This document shows positions 47,096 to 61,883 of a stretch of 64,000 bases of DNA, piece after piece. Numbering within the stretch: position 1 is the stretch's first letter; each line of letters begins with the position of its first letter. The notes under the pieces are model-generated. The model saw only the letters and a list, made by a program, of their open reading frames with translations, searched no databases and was not told the DNA's origin. The translations under genes were made by a program, and so were the position numbers. Source of the DNA: Chrysomallon squamiferum (Eukaryota; Animalia; Mollusca); assembly GCA_012295275.1 (NCBI GenBank), contig CM022665.1:12834001-12898000 (forward strand), in the 5' to 3' direction.

Positions 47096-49331
47096 TTTGT
47101 ATTAACTTAGAAAATGTCTCTGAGCCAAAAATCCATTAAAAAAAAAAGTGTGCACAGAAAGCTTTTAAATAATTAAAAGATAAATTTAATCTGGTAACAT
47201 ATTAAAATATTAACATGCATGTTAACTGATAATTGGAATAAGAGTAAACAGCATTTATTATTTTTGTTAAACATACAATGACTTTGGAAACAGTATTTCA
47301 AAATAACATTTCTGTTGTTATCTAGTAATTGACAAAGAAATACTTTATTTTATGGAACTCTCAGCACATTTTAAACTCTGCTGATGATATCAAACATATA
47401 GTTTTATACATAGGATTATATATGAAACAATGAAATTCTCTTGTCAGCAACTGGCATTTAAACCTTCCCATAGTAGAAAAGAACATGTTATAACCTTTGA
47501 TAAACTATGTCATAAGTTGCTGGCATATGATATAGCCTGGCAAAATAATTCAGTGAAACGAGCAAGAACAAACATGCAAACACATGCATGAACACATAGA
47601 CACCACACACTGTACATTTCAGTCCATCCCTTACCTTAAAAAAAAAAATATATATATATATAAAATAATAATAAAAAAGAGATAGAAAATAAACCAAAAC
47701 ATTCAAAAAAAATAAAGAATAAATATCAGAATGTAGCTATAAGTAATAACAAAATAAAATAATTTCAATAATGTTTTATTGTCTGGTCGCTTCTACAACA
47801 AAATAAACATCCTTTTTCATACCTGATTTATTTGAATATTCAACCAAAGGCCTTCAGTCATGGTAGATACACAAATAAATACATTTCAAAACCTCATAAT
47901 AAAAACAACCCTGAAACCAGTCTATAAATGTAGACCATGTATTTTTAGATTCAGTTCAGTATACTTTTTAATGTGGGCCTTTTGTCACATTTGTATTGGC
48001 TGGCTTCTGTTTATTACAGTAATATATTTTTCTATCAGTCATTAGAAGTCCTGGCATAAGCGGGACATTCAGACATTTATTTGATCTCTTATTATCGTTA
48101 TTATTATTTTTATAAATAATACTACTACTAATAATAATAATGATAGAAACCTACACATATATAAATACATCAAATATAAAGTGGAAAAAAAAAACAAAAA
48201 AACATATGAGAGTAGCACAAGAAATGTTTTTACAGTGACATTAAGTCCAATTGGGCACACAACAGATGTCATTTATGCAGCCAGTGCATTTTTTTTCACT
48301 GATCCTGCAGTCTGAACATTGAAGCATCAAGTATTTTTTTAATTCAGTATTCAGTCTCTGGAAAGTTTGAAGTTAGAATTATTCAAAATATAATGAAATA
48401 TATATATATATATATTTGTCTTTTTCTTTCTTTATTTCCAAATAACTGATTGAAAAATATTCAGAAAATGGGAAAACAAATATAATTCAAAACATATTTC
48501 AACAAACAATAATACATGTATGTGTTTGAAATGTAAAGTAAAGATTATTAATATTTCAACTGAAAACCAAACAAACACCAACTAATATAATGCAATATTA
48601 ATATGAATGGAATCACAACCTTTAACACCCAGTTTTCTATTCTGGTTTCACAAAACAACACCTACTTATCAACATGTAATACCACTTATTAATATTACAT
48701 GTCTGAAATCTATTTTCAGTTTTCTCCATTTCCAGTACAAGACATTATTCATTAAACAGCAAGGCTTTCTTTGCATTCGTGTACAGAAGTTATGTACATA
48801 TACTCTGACCATTAACACTGATCACTGATGTACTTCATGAATATGCATGAGTTTATAAGGTTAGGGCATGTACCTTTATACTATGAAAGATGGCTTACTA
48901 CAAATACTGTTGTATTCTTGATGCATTTTGTGACTGAGAATTAACTGCTAAGTTATACAAACAAGCTCATTATGTCCTAAATAATATGCACACCTAGTTT
49001 TATGTAGTTTCAAAAGAATGATCTTATTTATTTCGGAAGCTTGGTTTTTATGTATTTGATTATTGTCTTATTTTTATTTATAAAATATAATTAAATATTT
49101 TTAGTTATTTCTTTGTTCAAATCCTTTTAAAGTGAATCAGTTATCTTTTAAACACACATTGTTTTTATGTTGTAGCATCAAAGATTGAAGAAAACCATAT
49201 GATTTTTAACAAGAATCAAATATTAAAAAATGTGTAGAGTATAGCCTCACATGTGTTATGCAGATAGTCTGCTTAATCTGAGTGTTCAGAAATTATATCT
49301 GTCATGTTTTCAGTTCTGTGATTTCCTAAAG

Positions 49332-49612
49332 CACTGGTTTTCAACCTTTTTCATACTGTGACCACTTATGAGCAACTCATTTTGATGATGACCCCCTTTA
49401 AATCTTTTGATTCAATAATATCTAGGGTTATCTACCAAAGACAGTACAAAAGGAATCTATATTCACTATGACAGGTCCCAACCTATGTACATGTTTTTAT
49501 TTATTCCTCCTTCCAAATCAAGTTGAAAAAAGCTAAAACATACCCTCGCGACCTCCAGAAAAAAGGCTGGTGATCCCTCTGGGGATCATGACCCCTCTGC
49601 TAAAAACCTATG
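49332..49612. mobile_element. hAT (Charlie-like) MITE in tubby intron
   Basis: Perfect 8-bp TSD tcctaaag at 49324-49331 and 49613-49620. Imperfect TIRs CACTGGTTTTCAACC / reverse-complemented CATAGGTTTTTAGCA. Subterminal GACCCC motifs. Confidence 0.8.
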
Positions 49613-50285
49613 TCCTAAAGCATTATGTATTATATGTGGTTCTTTTTTTTTTCTCTTTTTTTTTTGCTATTGTGGTTAGAACTGGTATTACAAATTTTTC
49701 TAATCTGTCTTTCATTTTTAATCAGCTGGTATGAATTGTCAGAATCTTCCATGAAAACATTTAAAACACACTTCCTTCCCATTTACACAGTACCAATACT
49801 AACAAGAGTAATGAGACAGTAATAGTAGTACTAGACATAGTAGTACGAATTGTATAGGCACTAGTAGTACTAGAAGACAAAGAACTAGTGATATAAACTT
49901 AGTACAGTAGGTAATATTAACCTTGTAATGCAAGCAAAATGTCTGACCATTTTCATTTGGAAAGAAATTAACAATTAAATTCAAATATATTTAATCTTAT
50001 TAACCTGATACTCATATTAAAACAATGCCCATCTTCTGTTAATGAATCCCCTAATTACTCTAAAACAAATTAATTTTATAGCTATGCAGATATATGGTAT
50101 GAATTTCAATAGATGAAAAAATTGGGTATATTAATCTTATTAGTTTGTTATTTATTTATTATAATGGGAAGCATTTTTGGAAACAGTTTAACACTGAGTA
50201 AGTACTGACATCTTGCAGAAAGGCATTTATTTGAAACTGTCATATTTTATTAATTTTGGTCAGATTAAAGAATATGTACTAAAAG

Positions 50286-50324
<39 letters not shown>

Positions 50325-51792
50325 TGCAATCAACTGTACAGTTTATATTTAAATAAAAAATACAGAAATTTAGCAAAACAATTATGAATATTGCATAAGA
50401 CCGGTCAAAATATTCAAATACACTGACAAATTCATTCATACCCTCCTCTTTCTCTTTAACAAATGCACACACATTTGTTCTTTCCCCTACAATGCATACA
50501 CACATACACAAAAGCCATCAAGCAATACAGAATTAGCAAATCCAAGCCGAAGTCAAAATAATTATGATCGATTCTTTGGCATAACTCTTTGTAACAATCT
50601 ATACCTACAAACCTTACAGCAAACAAACAAGACACACAATGCAGTAAAAACCAACAGCTCCCCCCCCCCTGCATAAATAAACCTCTAATTATGGACAAGA
50701 AGTTGTCAAATAATGAAATATGGCTGAATGGCACATGAAAATGCATTTCTGTCCAAGTGTGCATTATGGGATGCTAATTGCAGAATCTATATGAGCCAGG
50801 TGGATGCTGTGTTTATCAAGCTGCAGGTATTGATTATCATGCCCAACAAATGACAAATGAAAACTGATTTGAAAGCTAAGCTCTGTGGGTGTTCTGTGTT
50901 AATAGTGTTATTACACATCACTGTATAATGCTAGTCGATGATTCTGCCAACACAGCTTTTCTTTATATAGGGAAAAAAAAAAAAAAAAAAGTAAAAATAT
51001 ATAATAAAAATACATGATGAGAGACATCATTTTTTTAAATTTTTACTATTATGCCTTTTTCAATAAATTCTTATTTATGTGTCTTTCATAATCTTTTCTT
51101 CTTTAAAAAACAAAACAAAACAAATCTTTTTAATGGTTCTGCAAACACAAATTTACTGTTTAACTTTTAAAAAAAAAAAAAAAAAAAAAAAACAAGATGG
51201 GATAAAGAAATCATTATTTTATTTAATACATATGGCAGATGGCTTTTATTTTAATACTTTTTAATGGCACATAAATTTCCTTCCACTTTTAGTGTTTTTT
51301 CTGAATAAATATTTATACTGTACAGATTAAATTCATAACACTAAAATTATTTATTGTTATAATTAATGGATTTATTTGGTTTTTATGGTTGTAACAGTAA
51401 TCTGTTACATAAAATTATATACATATTTATTAATACTTATTAAGGTTTGTAAAACAAAAGCTAATATATATTTATGTACTTTTTAATTTTGATATTTACT
51501 GAAAGTCTCATTTTTATTTCCTAGATAATGCTATTATTTTGAATTTGTATAGTAATAATTATTTACAACAAATTATGTTACTCTATCTAGATAATTCCAT
51601 AACATTATTATTTATTTATTCTAATATATAAAACATGTATTCACCTAGACTTAGGACAATAATGCTTATGACATTTTAATTTTTATACTGTTTATGCACT
51701 GCTATTCATTCCATCTCATGTGTTATTTATGGATATTTTGTTTAAATTTCAAAACTTATTCATGGCAGATGAACCCATCTGGGATGTGGTAT

Positions 51793-52159
51793 TAGTGGTT
51801 CCTAATCCCTGGGGACCCATGAAGACAGTGCTGGGAGCACCTGAGATCTGTAAAATTAGTTCTGGGGATCTGTTAGAGAAGCTAAAAACGTGACATTGTG
51901 AACACTCAGCAAATCACAGAATTAAACAAATATTTTTTCTAATACACCCATTTATATTTAATTGACTATAAATTGTATGTATATGTATATAATAAATATT
52001 TTTGTCTTTCAGATGCTTTATGAAATTTTGAAAAAGAAAGGTTTGTTGTCTGTTAATCAAATTGGGCTTCATAAACAGAGAGAACTTTCAAAAAATAGGA
52101 GGCTCTGTGGGGACAATGCAGCAGTTCTGGGTAGTAAGTAAAAATGGTGGGGACCACTG
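51793..52159. mobile_element. hAT-like MITE relic
   Basis: Ends TAGTGGTTCCTAATC ... GGTGGGGACCACTG form a Charlie-type TIR pair, with subterminal TGGGGA motifs. No recognisable TSD. Confidence 0.6.
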
Positions 52160-52270
52160 GTTTAGATGATACTAGTGGGTCAATTATCATTATTTTGAAA
52201 ATAACCAAATGCTCACAAGACTGAAATTGCAGTTTGCTCAAAAATTGAAAATTAGTAATTTTCTAATGTG

Positions 52271-52301
<31 letters not shown>

Positions 52302-55300
52302 AAAAGAATCCTCTTTAAAAATGTTTAAAATTAAATTTGAAAAACCTCTGTAATCAGCAATGAGAACAATTAGTTTAAAACACGAATGTATTTTTTCTAA
52401 CTCATTAGTATTTTTCAAATTAGTTTTTGTGAGCTGAAGATTCTGCACCAAGAAGAACTAAGTGTTGGCTGCTGATTAATTTTTAACAACTGCTGTTTAA
52501 TGGGTTAATAGTTCAGTGACGTGAAGATTAATTCTCACTTAGGGCAATGAACCTATAAAAAAAAACTAAAAACAAAAGCAAAAAACAATTACAGAAAAAG
52601 AGAAATGAAAATTTCAAATGATTAAAATATGTCAAATTAAAAAAAAATTAAATTGACCGACTCAAAAAACTAAATTAAATATCATCATGTCTCCAATATT
52701 TATATATCAGATAGACCTTTTGAAAGCAAACATGTTAAAATATTGGCTGATTAATGAATTTTCAGACCTAAACAAACATAAAACTCTATGATAAGCAAAA
52801 CTATTGTTTGTAAATCAATTTTTCAAACCAAATATTCCAGAACTGTGTCAGTAAGCAAAATATTCAGTCATGTGGAAAAAACGTATAGTAAATAATATAT
52901 TGGCCGCATCAATTACGTGAATACATTATTATTTTTGTTTTAACCTGTTTTGACATGTAAAACTATTGAGAAATATTTCCATGTGATGTTGTGTTCTTAT
53001 TTTGAGTCTGTTGCTACAAGATATTCTTCACATAAGAAAATATTTTCTTGACAACGATACAAAACTAATTGTTACCAAATGAACTGCCAAAAAAAAAAAA
53101 AAAAAAAAAAAGAACAAAAGAACATAACAAGTAGGGGTCAATAACCATGACCTGTTGAAACATTTATATTCAGATTAATTTTGTTTTAAATATCATCTAA
53201 ATAATTGATTGACAGGTATTTTTTATTGATAACTTTGCTGAAACTCCTTTACAACTTGATAAATGGGGTCAAGTTAATTTAATTGTGTAAAATCACATTA
53301 ACTAATGATGCATTTTAAAGAAATAGATAGAGAGAAAAAAGTAAAATAATAAATTATATATTCTTATTTAACACTGAATTTGGGTTTTATTGTTTTATCT
53401 TTTCACTGATTAACTTGAGAAAAATCTAAAATTTTATTAAAATATTGCAGTGTTATGTTGTAAAACTGTTTCAGCTAACCATTCAAGATCTAACACATAA
53501 GATTTTATAAACTTTTCAGTTGAATAAAAATGTAAAATAAGAATAAGCATATTTTTCTAATGTCACTGTTATATATAGTTGTCAACCAATTATAAAAATG
53601 TAACTTCATCGGTTTTATTTATTTAAAATATTCATTTACCAATGGTATTTATATTTAAATAATTTTTTGTCAGAGTCTCCCATTTAGTGCTGAATTCCAA
53701 ACTGTTGTAAACATTATTTGATTATCTAAAATCATGTTAAATTTACCCAGTGAAAACAGTGACATTCATCACTTAATAAAAACACTGGCTAAAATCCATT
53801 AAGCAAATAATTATCATTACACCTGTCAAAATAATGAACATTCAAATAAAAATTTATCCTGAAATTTATGCTGATGTGCAGTACTTTTTCAGCAGGTCCC
53901 CAGCAACACCAAAAAAAACAACAAAAAAAAAAATTAAAAAGAAAAACCTTCAGAGCAAACACTGTAAATTGTTACATCATAATAAATTAAAAAAAAGAAA
54001 AAAAAAAGGGATCTCATGGATACTAGCTCAGTAAAAACATATTTCTTTTATTGATTTTAAAATGAATGTTCTTATCTTGGTAATGTTCTTTCCATTAGCA
54101 TATAGTATTTCGCTTGTTTCAGTATAAACAAGATTAACTCTGAGAAACTTGAGGTCATCTAGATAATTACAAGTTAAGACTGGAACACAGATTGTATCTA
54201 TTACAGATCAGTCCGTATAGCCATATATAATGAAGGCATACGCTTCTTAAAGTGAACCTATGATTTTATGAACAGCCAGATGATACAATTTATTGTTTTA
54301 TTATTTTTCTTTTTTTTTAAATGCCTAGCACTGCTGTTAATTCAGCATGACAATAAGAAAATAATGATTGGAGACAGGAGGTTATCATTTTATTTTGTCA
54401 AGTCGAAAACAGACTTTGAAAATATGGTGGATTTATAGTGATTTAATTGAATCTAGAAGTATTTTTAACTGGATGCTAATATAAATACTAATACAATACT
54501 ATATATCTATATGTATATAGGCAAGCACATGCACACGCACAGATCTAATTACTGTTTTCCCATCTCTCTATGCTGACTTGTCATTTGTTGTTACAGAATT
54601 TTAATGAAATAGATTAAGGAAAACCTGTTTTATCTTCATTATAACATGCAGACAGATTGTACTTCAGGTATTACATTAGCATGTAATTCAAATATGGAAA
54701 TCCAGTTAAGTGTCTAGAGGTAACAATCACTTTATAGATTAAACTGAAATTGAAGATTGGCTCTAGAAACAGCAGTAATCTATGGATGTTACATGTTAAC
54801 AAACAAGTACAATAAAACTGAGTCAAGTAGCTTGGTATTCACTTGCTACTCGGTTTACATACAACACTATATATAAAGAATATACAGACTAATAAACATT
54901 TGTGTTTTTATACACACTTACTCGAGTTAAAGTGTTAATTAAGAAAACAGGCTCACATTATTACTGTATGTCATTTTATAATAATCTATAGCATATACAG
55001 GATTCTTATGACAGTTAAATAAAGAATAAAAAATAAATTAAATTAAGAATTAAAAATAAACTAAAAAATAAATAGAAATCAAAAAAAGAAAAATTAAACT
55101 GTACTGGGTGGGGAAAAAAGTAAAGATTTCATTAACAATTAGAGTTCCTTTTGAAACAATATATTAATTACAGGCACAAAAACAACACTTCCATATAAAA
55201 TTTAAAAAAATTAAAAATATTAAATAAAAATTTAAAGATCATAATTATTGTGAAATTGTAGTTATGTCTTACCTGAAATTATTAACTATAATTTAGAATT

Positions 55301-57354
55301 TAGAAACTTCAAATTAAAAATAAAAAACAAAATCAGAAAGAATAATAATTGTTGTAACACCCTAGCTGAAATTTTAATATTAATTATTTTGCAAGTAACA
55401 TACACCATTTAATCACCAATCCAGTAAAAATAGATAGTATCACAACAAAGAAAAATCTAATTAAATAAAAAAATGTCATCTTTTACATACAAAACCTCCC
55501 CCCCCCAGCTTAATAAAATATATGTACACACACATTTTCAACATACTATCAGGATAGCTGTAAATAATATTTTAACTTGAAATAATGGCCAAACAAAAAC
55601 ATAAAATAATTAATTTTCTTTTTTTCTAACATAATACCAGGCAATAAAGTCTTCATTTATTTCACAATATGAAATTAAAAATGAAATGTCTTTATATATC
55701 AGATCAGTAAAGAGTTATTTCAGAAGAAATGATAAATAATTTAAAAGAAAATAGGGTAATGAAATAAAAAAATTAAATTAAATAAAATTAAATTAAAATA
55801 AAACCATTTTTAAGAAAAAGAAATAACTGTATTTTTGTGTATACCTGTATCTATTTTTCTCTCTCTATATATATGTGCATGCATGTGTGTATATATGAGA
55901 GAGAGAGAGAGAGAGTGTATTTGTAAAAAATGTCATCTCTGCACAAAATTTAATTTTATTAGTAATTTTCTTCTAACACCATAAATATGAATAATGGAGT
56001 AGGTTTTGTTCATTGTTATTGAAATGTGCTAGCCTCATCGTGAATGATAATGTATTTGGGGCAAGGCAACCCCCAGTTTTGATTTATTAGTTACTAGGAA
56101 GATAAAATTAATAGCAACAAAAACAGTGATTTAAGCATTAGTGTTCCAGACCGTCAAATCAAACAGGCCACAATAGTGTTAATAATGCAAACATGAACAA
56201 TCATGTACAGGAATAGATACTCCAGGTTGTTATCATTGGTCTACCAAACAATAAAAAGAGAAAAACAACTTAATGATTATAATAGATTAAAAACAAAAGT
56301 ATATTAGTAAATAAATATTCTCTGGGTATCTTAGTTTTATAACAATCACTTCCATAAAGGATGCCTATTCTTTATTGAAAAAGGCTTTATAATAAATGTT
56401 TTATTATTTTATATATATATGTATAAAACTCTTGTTAATATAAAAAGAAATTAATAATAATAAAATAAAAAATAACACAGTGTACAACTGGAGTATTACT
56501 ACCTGTACATTTAATATCTGGAGTAAAATAAACATTTGTGTGTACAAGTAAAGTGAATTGGTTATAGATTTTTCAATTTTAAGTACACAATGTAACTCAA
56601 TGACTCATACCATAATGTTTTTTTCTTTTTTAAATTAAAATTTATTTTTGCTGAACATTTAAAAGTCACTATATATATATATATTAGTACACAATGGCAT
56701 GTTTTTTAAACATAGACAAAAAGTCTTTGTTCAAAATTTAAAAGTTGCTGTTCTTAAAATTTAAATGTAGAAAAGAAAAAAAAAAAAAAAAAAAAAATTC
56801 AACATTTTAAAGTCAAAACTGTAACCAATTCTCTTTCATTAAGCACTTTCAAGTATTTACATATTGGAGGATTATTCAAGAAATTAATCTGCTCTATAAT
56901 GGACCTTGAATAAATCTCTTCCATGTTAACAAAATATTATAAAAATATAAAAAAACAAAGTTAATTTTAACTTCTCCAAATACCCCCACTAAAGAAAATT
57001 TCTGGAACTGCATGTTTATCAAAAACATGCTTAGATATTTCTTAACCCACTATGACTGAGGTATATCTGACATAAAAGCAGAATATCTGCGACCTAATAT
57101 ATCTGATAAAATGTATTTTACTGAACCTCTGTGCACAGAGTCTGAACAGATATCTTATTCAATAAGAAATGTCCTGTTATTACCTGCAGTCATGCCTGAG
57201 TTATCAACTGTAAAACATGTTTTTTAGAATTAGACAGACACTGTAAAATCTGTGTCAAGTCTAAAGACTGGAATCACAGAACATAATGAAGTCAAATGAA
57301 TAAAAAGACAATAAATAAAATAAAATAAAACATCAAAGCCATAAAAAATCTTAC

Positions 57355-57398
57355 CTCATATTGTAGGTCCACTTGTTTACTTTAAACGAAGGCTCCAT
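57355..57398 (-). CDS. TUB: Probable first coding exon of the tubby gene (MEPSFKVNKWTYNM)
   Basis: ATG at 57398-57396 opens 44 nt ending in a strong AG|GTAAGA donor of phase 2, matching the phase-2 acceptors at 38656 and 38068. The W..Y...SV spacing resembles the vertebrate TUB N-terminus. This gives a 1551-nt CDS (516 aa). Confidence 0.7.
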
Positions 57399-60300
57399 AG
57401 CCTAGGAGACTTATAAATATATATACTTTTTAAAAATTGTTTCTATTTTTCACTTTTTTTTCTTTTGTTTAAATATATATATATATATATTTTTTTTTGT
57501 ATTTCTACAATCTCTGTGACGAACACAAGACTATCTGCTGATATCCAGGTATAAGATAAACGATAAAGAAAGACATACTCCTTATGGCAAGGGACATACT
57601 GTTCATCACACACACACACACAATGCAACACAGTACACTGTCACCACAGTAGTAACATTGCCTTCAGTCTGTTGATTGTTGCTAAAATCATCCTAAGTAT
57701 TGATCCCAAAGCTCTGTGACATCACCAAACTTGATGCTAACTGGCTATTCGACACTCAGAACAACGGTCTCTGGTCCTGACTGCACTGGCTTCACATCGA
57801 GTCTGTGATTCACAAAACAATAAGGTTTCCTGATAAACTGACTGCCACATGCTTCACTGGGGTTAAATAAATGTATTATCTACCTGGTGGTCATCGAAAT
57901 GGCTTTGCCAATCAATGTAACACCACCAGGTTAGGTGACAGAGAGAGACAGAAGAAATACAGACTGGTTAACTCAAGCTAGCCGAAGCCAATGGCTGTTA
58001 TTTCTTTTCATATGCATAGGTGCTATAACAGGTGGGGTTTTAGTCCAAGTTTTACTGGGTGAAAATAACCTGTTTATACCCAATGACAAATATTTACAAC
58101 AGGGAAGTGGAATAGAATAAATCACCAAATCTTATGTCATAACTACAGAAGAACAATTACTTAGTGGCTGATATAAAAATATTTACATATATTAGTCACA
58201 TATCATAAAATATATATGATTAAAAAAAAAAAAAAAATTAAAAAAAAAAATTGTTGTTAAAATGTTATTAGCAACCCCAGCAACACAGTACTTCGTCAAA
58301 TGAATGTTATAAATGTCACAGTATTTTAACAGCTCATTATTTTATGGCAGTGTCTCACAGTGAAATGCTGGTAGTTATAAAACAAAAGATACATTATGGA
58401 GAAACATATTCATGAACAATCAATATTGTAACCTAAAACTTTCTTTTGTTCACAAGAAAGATTTATGCTTAATGGCTTCATTTTCGTGATACTGTTTGTA
58501 GTAGTAACGAGTTCTGGTAAATCTTGGCTTTGCTATTATTTTACACAGTGAAGTATACAATCACTGTAAATTATAGTAATAATGAAATTTAATGGGAAAC
58601 AAAATAGGTGGGTTGATGGAAATGTTATGTTAAGCCAGAAATTATTAACTAAAATGAATGGGAATTGTAAAATTAAAAACTATTAAATTTTTGATATGAT
58701 TAACATAATTTATAAATATATTTTTGGTTATTTATCATTTGTTAAAAGTTTGCTTTGTTGGACACAATTAAATTTGTTTATTTGTCAACTATAATTCTGA
58801 TTTAAAAGTAATATTTATAATGTGGATTACATTTGAATTTAAAATAAAAACAGATATACATCTATAAGAAATTAGACTAGCTTTATACTGTAAAACATTT
58901 CTGAACTCAACAAATGTACTTACCGGTTTTACTTAAATCACTTTTTTTTCTGACACAGACACACACACTATCATTATTTCAAACCAGTTTACAAATAAAA
59001 AAACACTGTCCATTATCAAATATACATTAAACAAAGACATTTTAATGCCTTTGTTTTCAATGTTGATTTTAGTTTGGGATCAATGCCTTCACTGGCTTTT
59101 GAAAAGTGAGCACTGTTTACAGTTCCAGAATTTTACCTGTTTTTTTTTTTTTTTTTTTTAAACTGACATGTACACAGAACTCATACTAAGGATGAACAAG
59201 ATTATTTGCTTCAATATTAATGAGCTATTATTAATTTCAAAACATTATTGCATTAATGTTTACAGTTTGTTTACAAAAGAAACCATGTCCAGGTGGTTTC
59301 CATGTGGGTGTATGCAAACAAACACAAACATAAATGGAAATCAAATCAACTTCCATTTGTTTAATTGTTTTTTGGTTTTTTTTTACCTTCTCTTTATATA
59401 TTACAAGAGTAACAAACTGAATGTTTTTAATAAATGTATCTGATGCGTATTATTGAACAAAAATTAAAACAAGCTTTCTTATTAAGATGAAAGCAATAAT
59501 GTGCTTTTGGCAACCCTTATTATCACTTTACCTAAATATTGTGGGATAAAACTCTACAATCATATTATTTTCACTTCACTGAATCAATAGTATTAACATG
59601 CTATGTGTTGCTTTGAACTTTATGTACTTTGGGTTTTTGCTGAGTTGTTGTTGTTGTTGCTGCCGTTACTTGGCAGGGCTGATGACTTACCATTTTACTT
59701 AATTTCAAAGTAGATCATAATCTACTTCAAAATAAGTATTAATAAAGAAATATCTAAACTGTGATGAGTAATTAAAACAGATTAAAAAAAATAGAAATAA
59801 AAATGAAAATAGACATTTTTTTTGTTATTGCAGTACATTTACTTACCTTTCTCTTAACATTGGTAAAGTTTAGTAGAAATTGTTTTGTGTAAATTCAGGA
59901 TTTAATATGACCTGGGAAATACTTTTTTTTCATTTAAAAGAAAAATAAAATAAAAATAAAAGAAAAAAAACGAAGCCATTTCAGATACTTTATTCAGGAA
60001 TAAACCAGGATGCATACAATGTAATCATAGACAAATGTATGCATCAAAGCCTTTTTTTGAATATTATCAGGGAAAACAGTTAAAATAAACCGTGATTTAT
60101 TAAAAAGAAAAAAAGAAAAAAGAAAAACAAGAAGAATAATAATAGTCTTGTTGATGTAAAAACATAAAAACAAAGGGAGAAAGGAAACAAATTGATAAAG
60201 ACATGAAATAATTATTTTAAAAGTTTCTTACCAGAATCTGTAGAAATCTGAACTTGTAACTTTCACCTAGCAGTAAATCTGTTATCTGTGTATATGTATA

Positions 60301-61166
60301 TATAGAGATCCAGGTGTGTGTTCATAAATAACAAACAGTGCACGCTGTAAGGCACTTTTGTATACTAATAATGGGTAACCTGAGTGAGACACCTTCAAAT
60401 ACCTAAGCATTTAATAATGTTCTGCCAACCACCATGCAGATTAGCACTGATTATGTGGATTAGTATGCAAATATGATAATTTCTTTATGCTAACAATTTC
60501 AAGCTTAATGAACTGTGTTGTTATGTAAGCAATTAGTTTAATTGTCTAGGAAACGGCTGTGCAAATAAAAGCTAATTAGCATGTTCTTCATACAAGCCTA
60601 ATTAGTAATAAACAGGCTATACATTTTTTTTTTCTTTTTCAATCAAACAAAATCTGAATTATATTTTGGATGTGAAAAAGCTGAAGAATAATTATTAACT
60701 TAGTAAATTTATAAATAATATTAAAAATTTTATTTTTGAAATCCTATTCAAAATAATTATTGCAATTACTTAATGGCTGATATGGAGTTTTACATAATAG
60801 AAGGGGTAATGTTTTTTAAAGCAATAGTTCAAAAGTAATTCTATGAATATCCATATTTTAAATACATTTTTAACAAATAATTTATGAAAATTTAGACAGG
60901 AGACTCATTCTTTATAGAAATGTTGTAAATGCTGACTAATAAACTTTCCTAATGCTTAATAAAAATAACAATTTTATATAATTAGTGTGATAGGTGTATT
61001 AAAAATTAATCTTCCACCAAAAATGCAGTTACATAAAAACAGAAAATACCTATACACATTACTGCTTTTATTACTGTACCAGTATGATATTCATTAATTT
61101 AGTTAGGCATCTGAGTGTATTTATATTTACTCATTACCAATTAGATATTACTGTATTTGTCAGATA

Positions 61167-61883
61167 CAGTAATACCTCAGTTTAATGATATAATCCGTTC
61201 CAAATTTCTAATCGTTAAGTAGGAGACTAATTTAAATGTACTGCTTTAGCACATATGACAGCTTGAGTCATAGGCTTGTTTAATTGTTGAGTTTGATAAC
61301 TTATCCATACTGACAAAAGTTTTTCCATGTGAGGAATGAAACTGATCATTTCTTTTTTTTCGTACCCTTGTAGAATGCAAGGAGTGAGTTCTTTTAATCT
61401 CATTCAATTACTTTTCTTTATCCTTAATATTTTCAATACAGTTGACTGACACAAACAAAATTTTGCAGCTAAGTCTTTAATGAATTTACTGGTTTTGTGT
61501 TCATTTAAAATATTGTATTTTGTTTCTAAAGTTATTGTTTTCCATTTTTTTTTTTTATCATCAGCATTCACGGGTTTACTATGTATTTGTTTTGACATAC
61601 TGGAAGGGTAAATTATAAAAGTGTTAAGTCTAAATGAAAGCAGAAGAGAAGAGAAAATCTGAATGCCACAAGCATGTATGACATCTGCATGTCAACTGAT
61701 CAACACAGCTGAGGCAAGATTTAGTGCATGACTGAACAAAAAACAAATGAAAGACAACAAAAAATGGATTTATACACATGCATTGTACCCATTTATTTTG
61801 AGCAATTAACTATTAAATTTCTATTTATATAATTTGTAAAAAAATATTGTTACAGTGGGAGGTCATTAAGTGAAGTATTACTC
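61167..61883 (-). mobile_element. Tigger/pogo (Tc1-mariner superfamily) internal-deletion derivative
   Basis: Flanked by TA at 61165-61166 and 61884-61885. TIRs CAGTAATACCTCAGTTTAA / reverse-complemented GAGTAATACTTCACTTAA. Contains ORF 61404-61598, KKKKWKTITLETKYNIL...IKDLAAKFCLCQSTVLKILRIK, resembling the CENP-B/HTH_psq N-terminal domain of Tigger transposases. Confidence 0.8.

Noticed and set aside
47625-47645. Strong minus-strand donor AAG|GTAAGG as another tubby exon
   Set aside because: Preceded only by a T-run and low-complexity sequence, with no credible acceptor or ORF.
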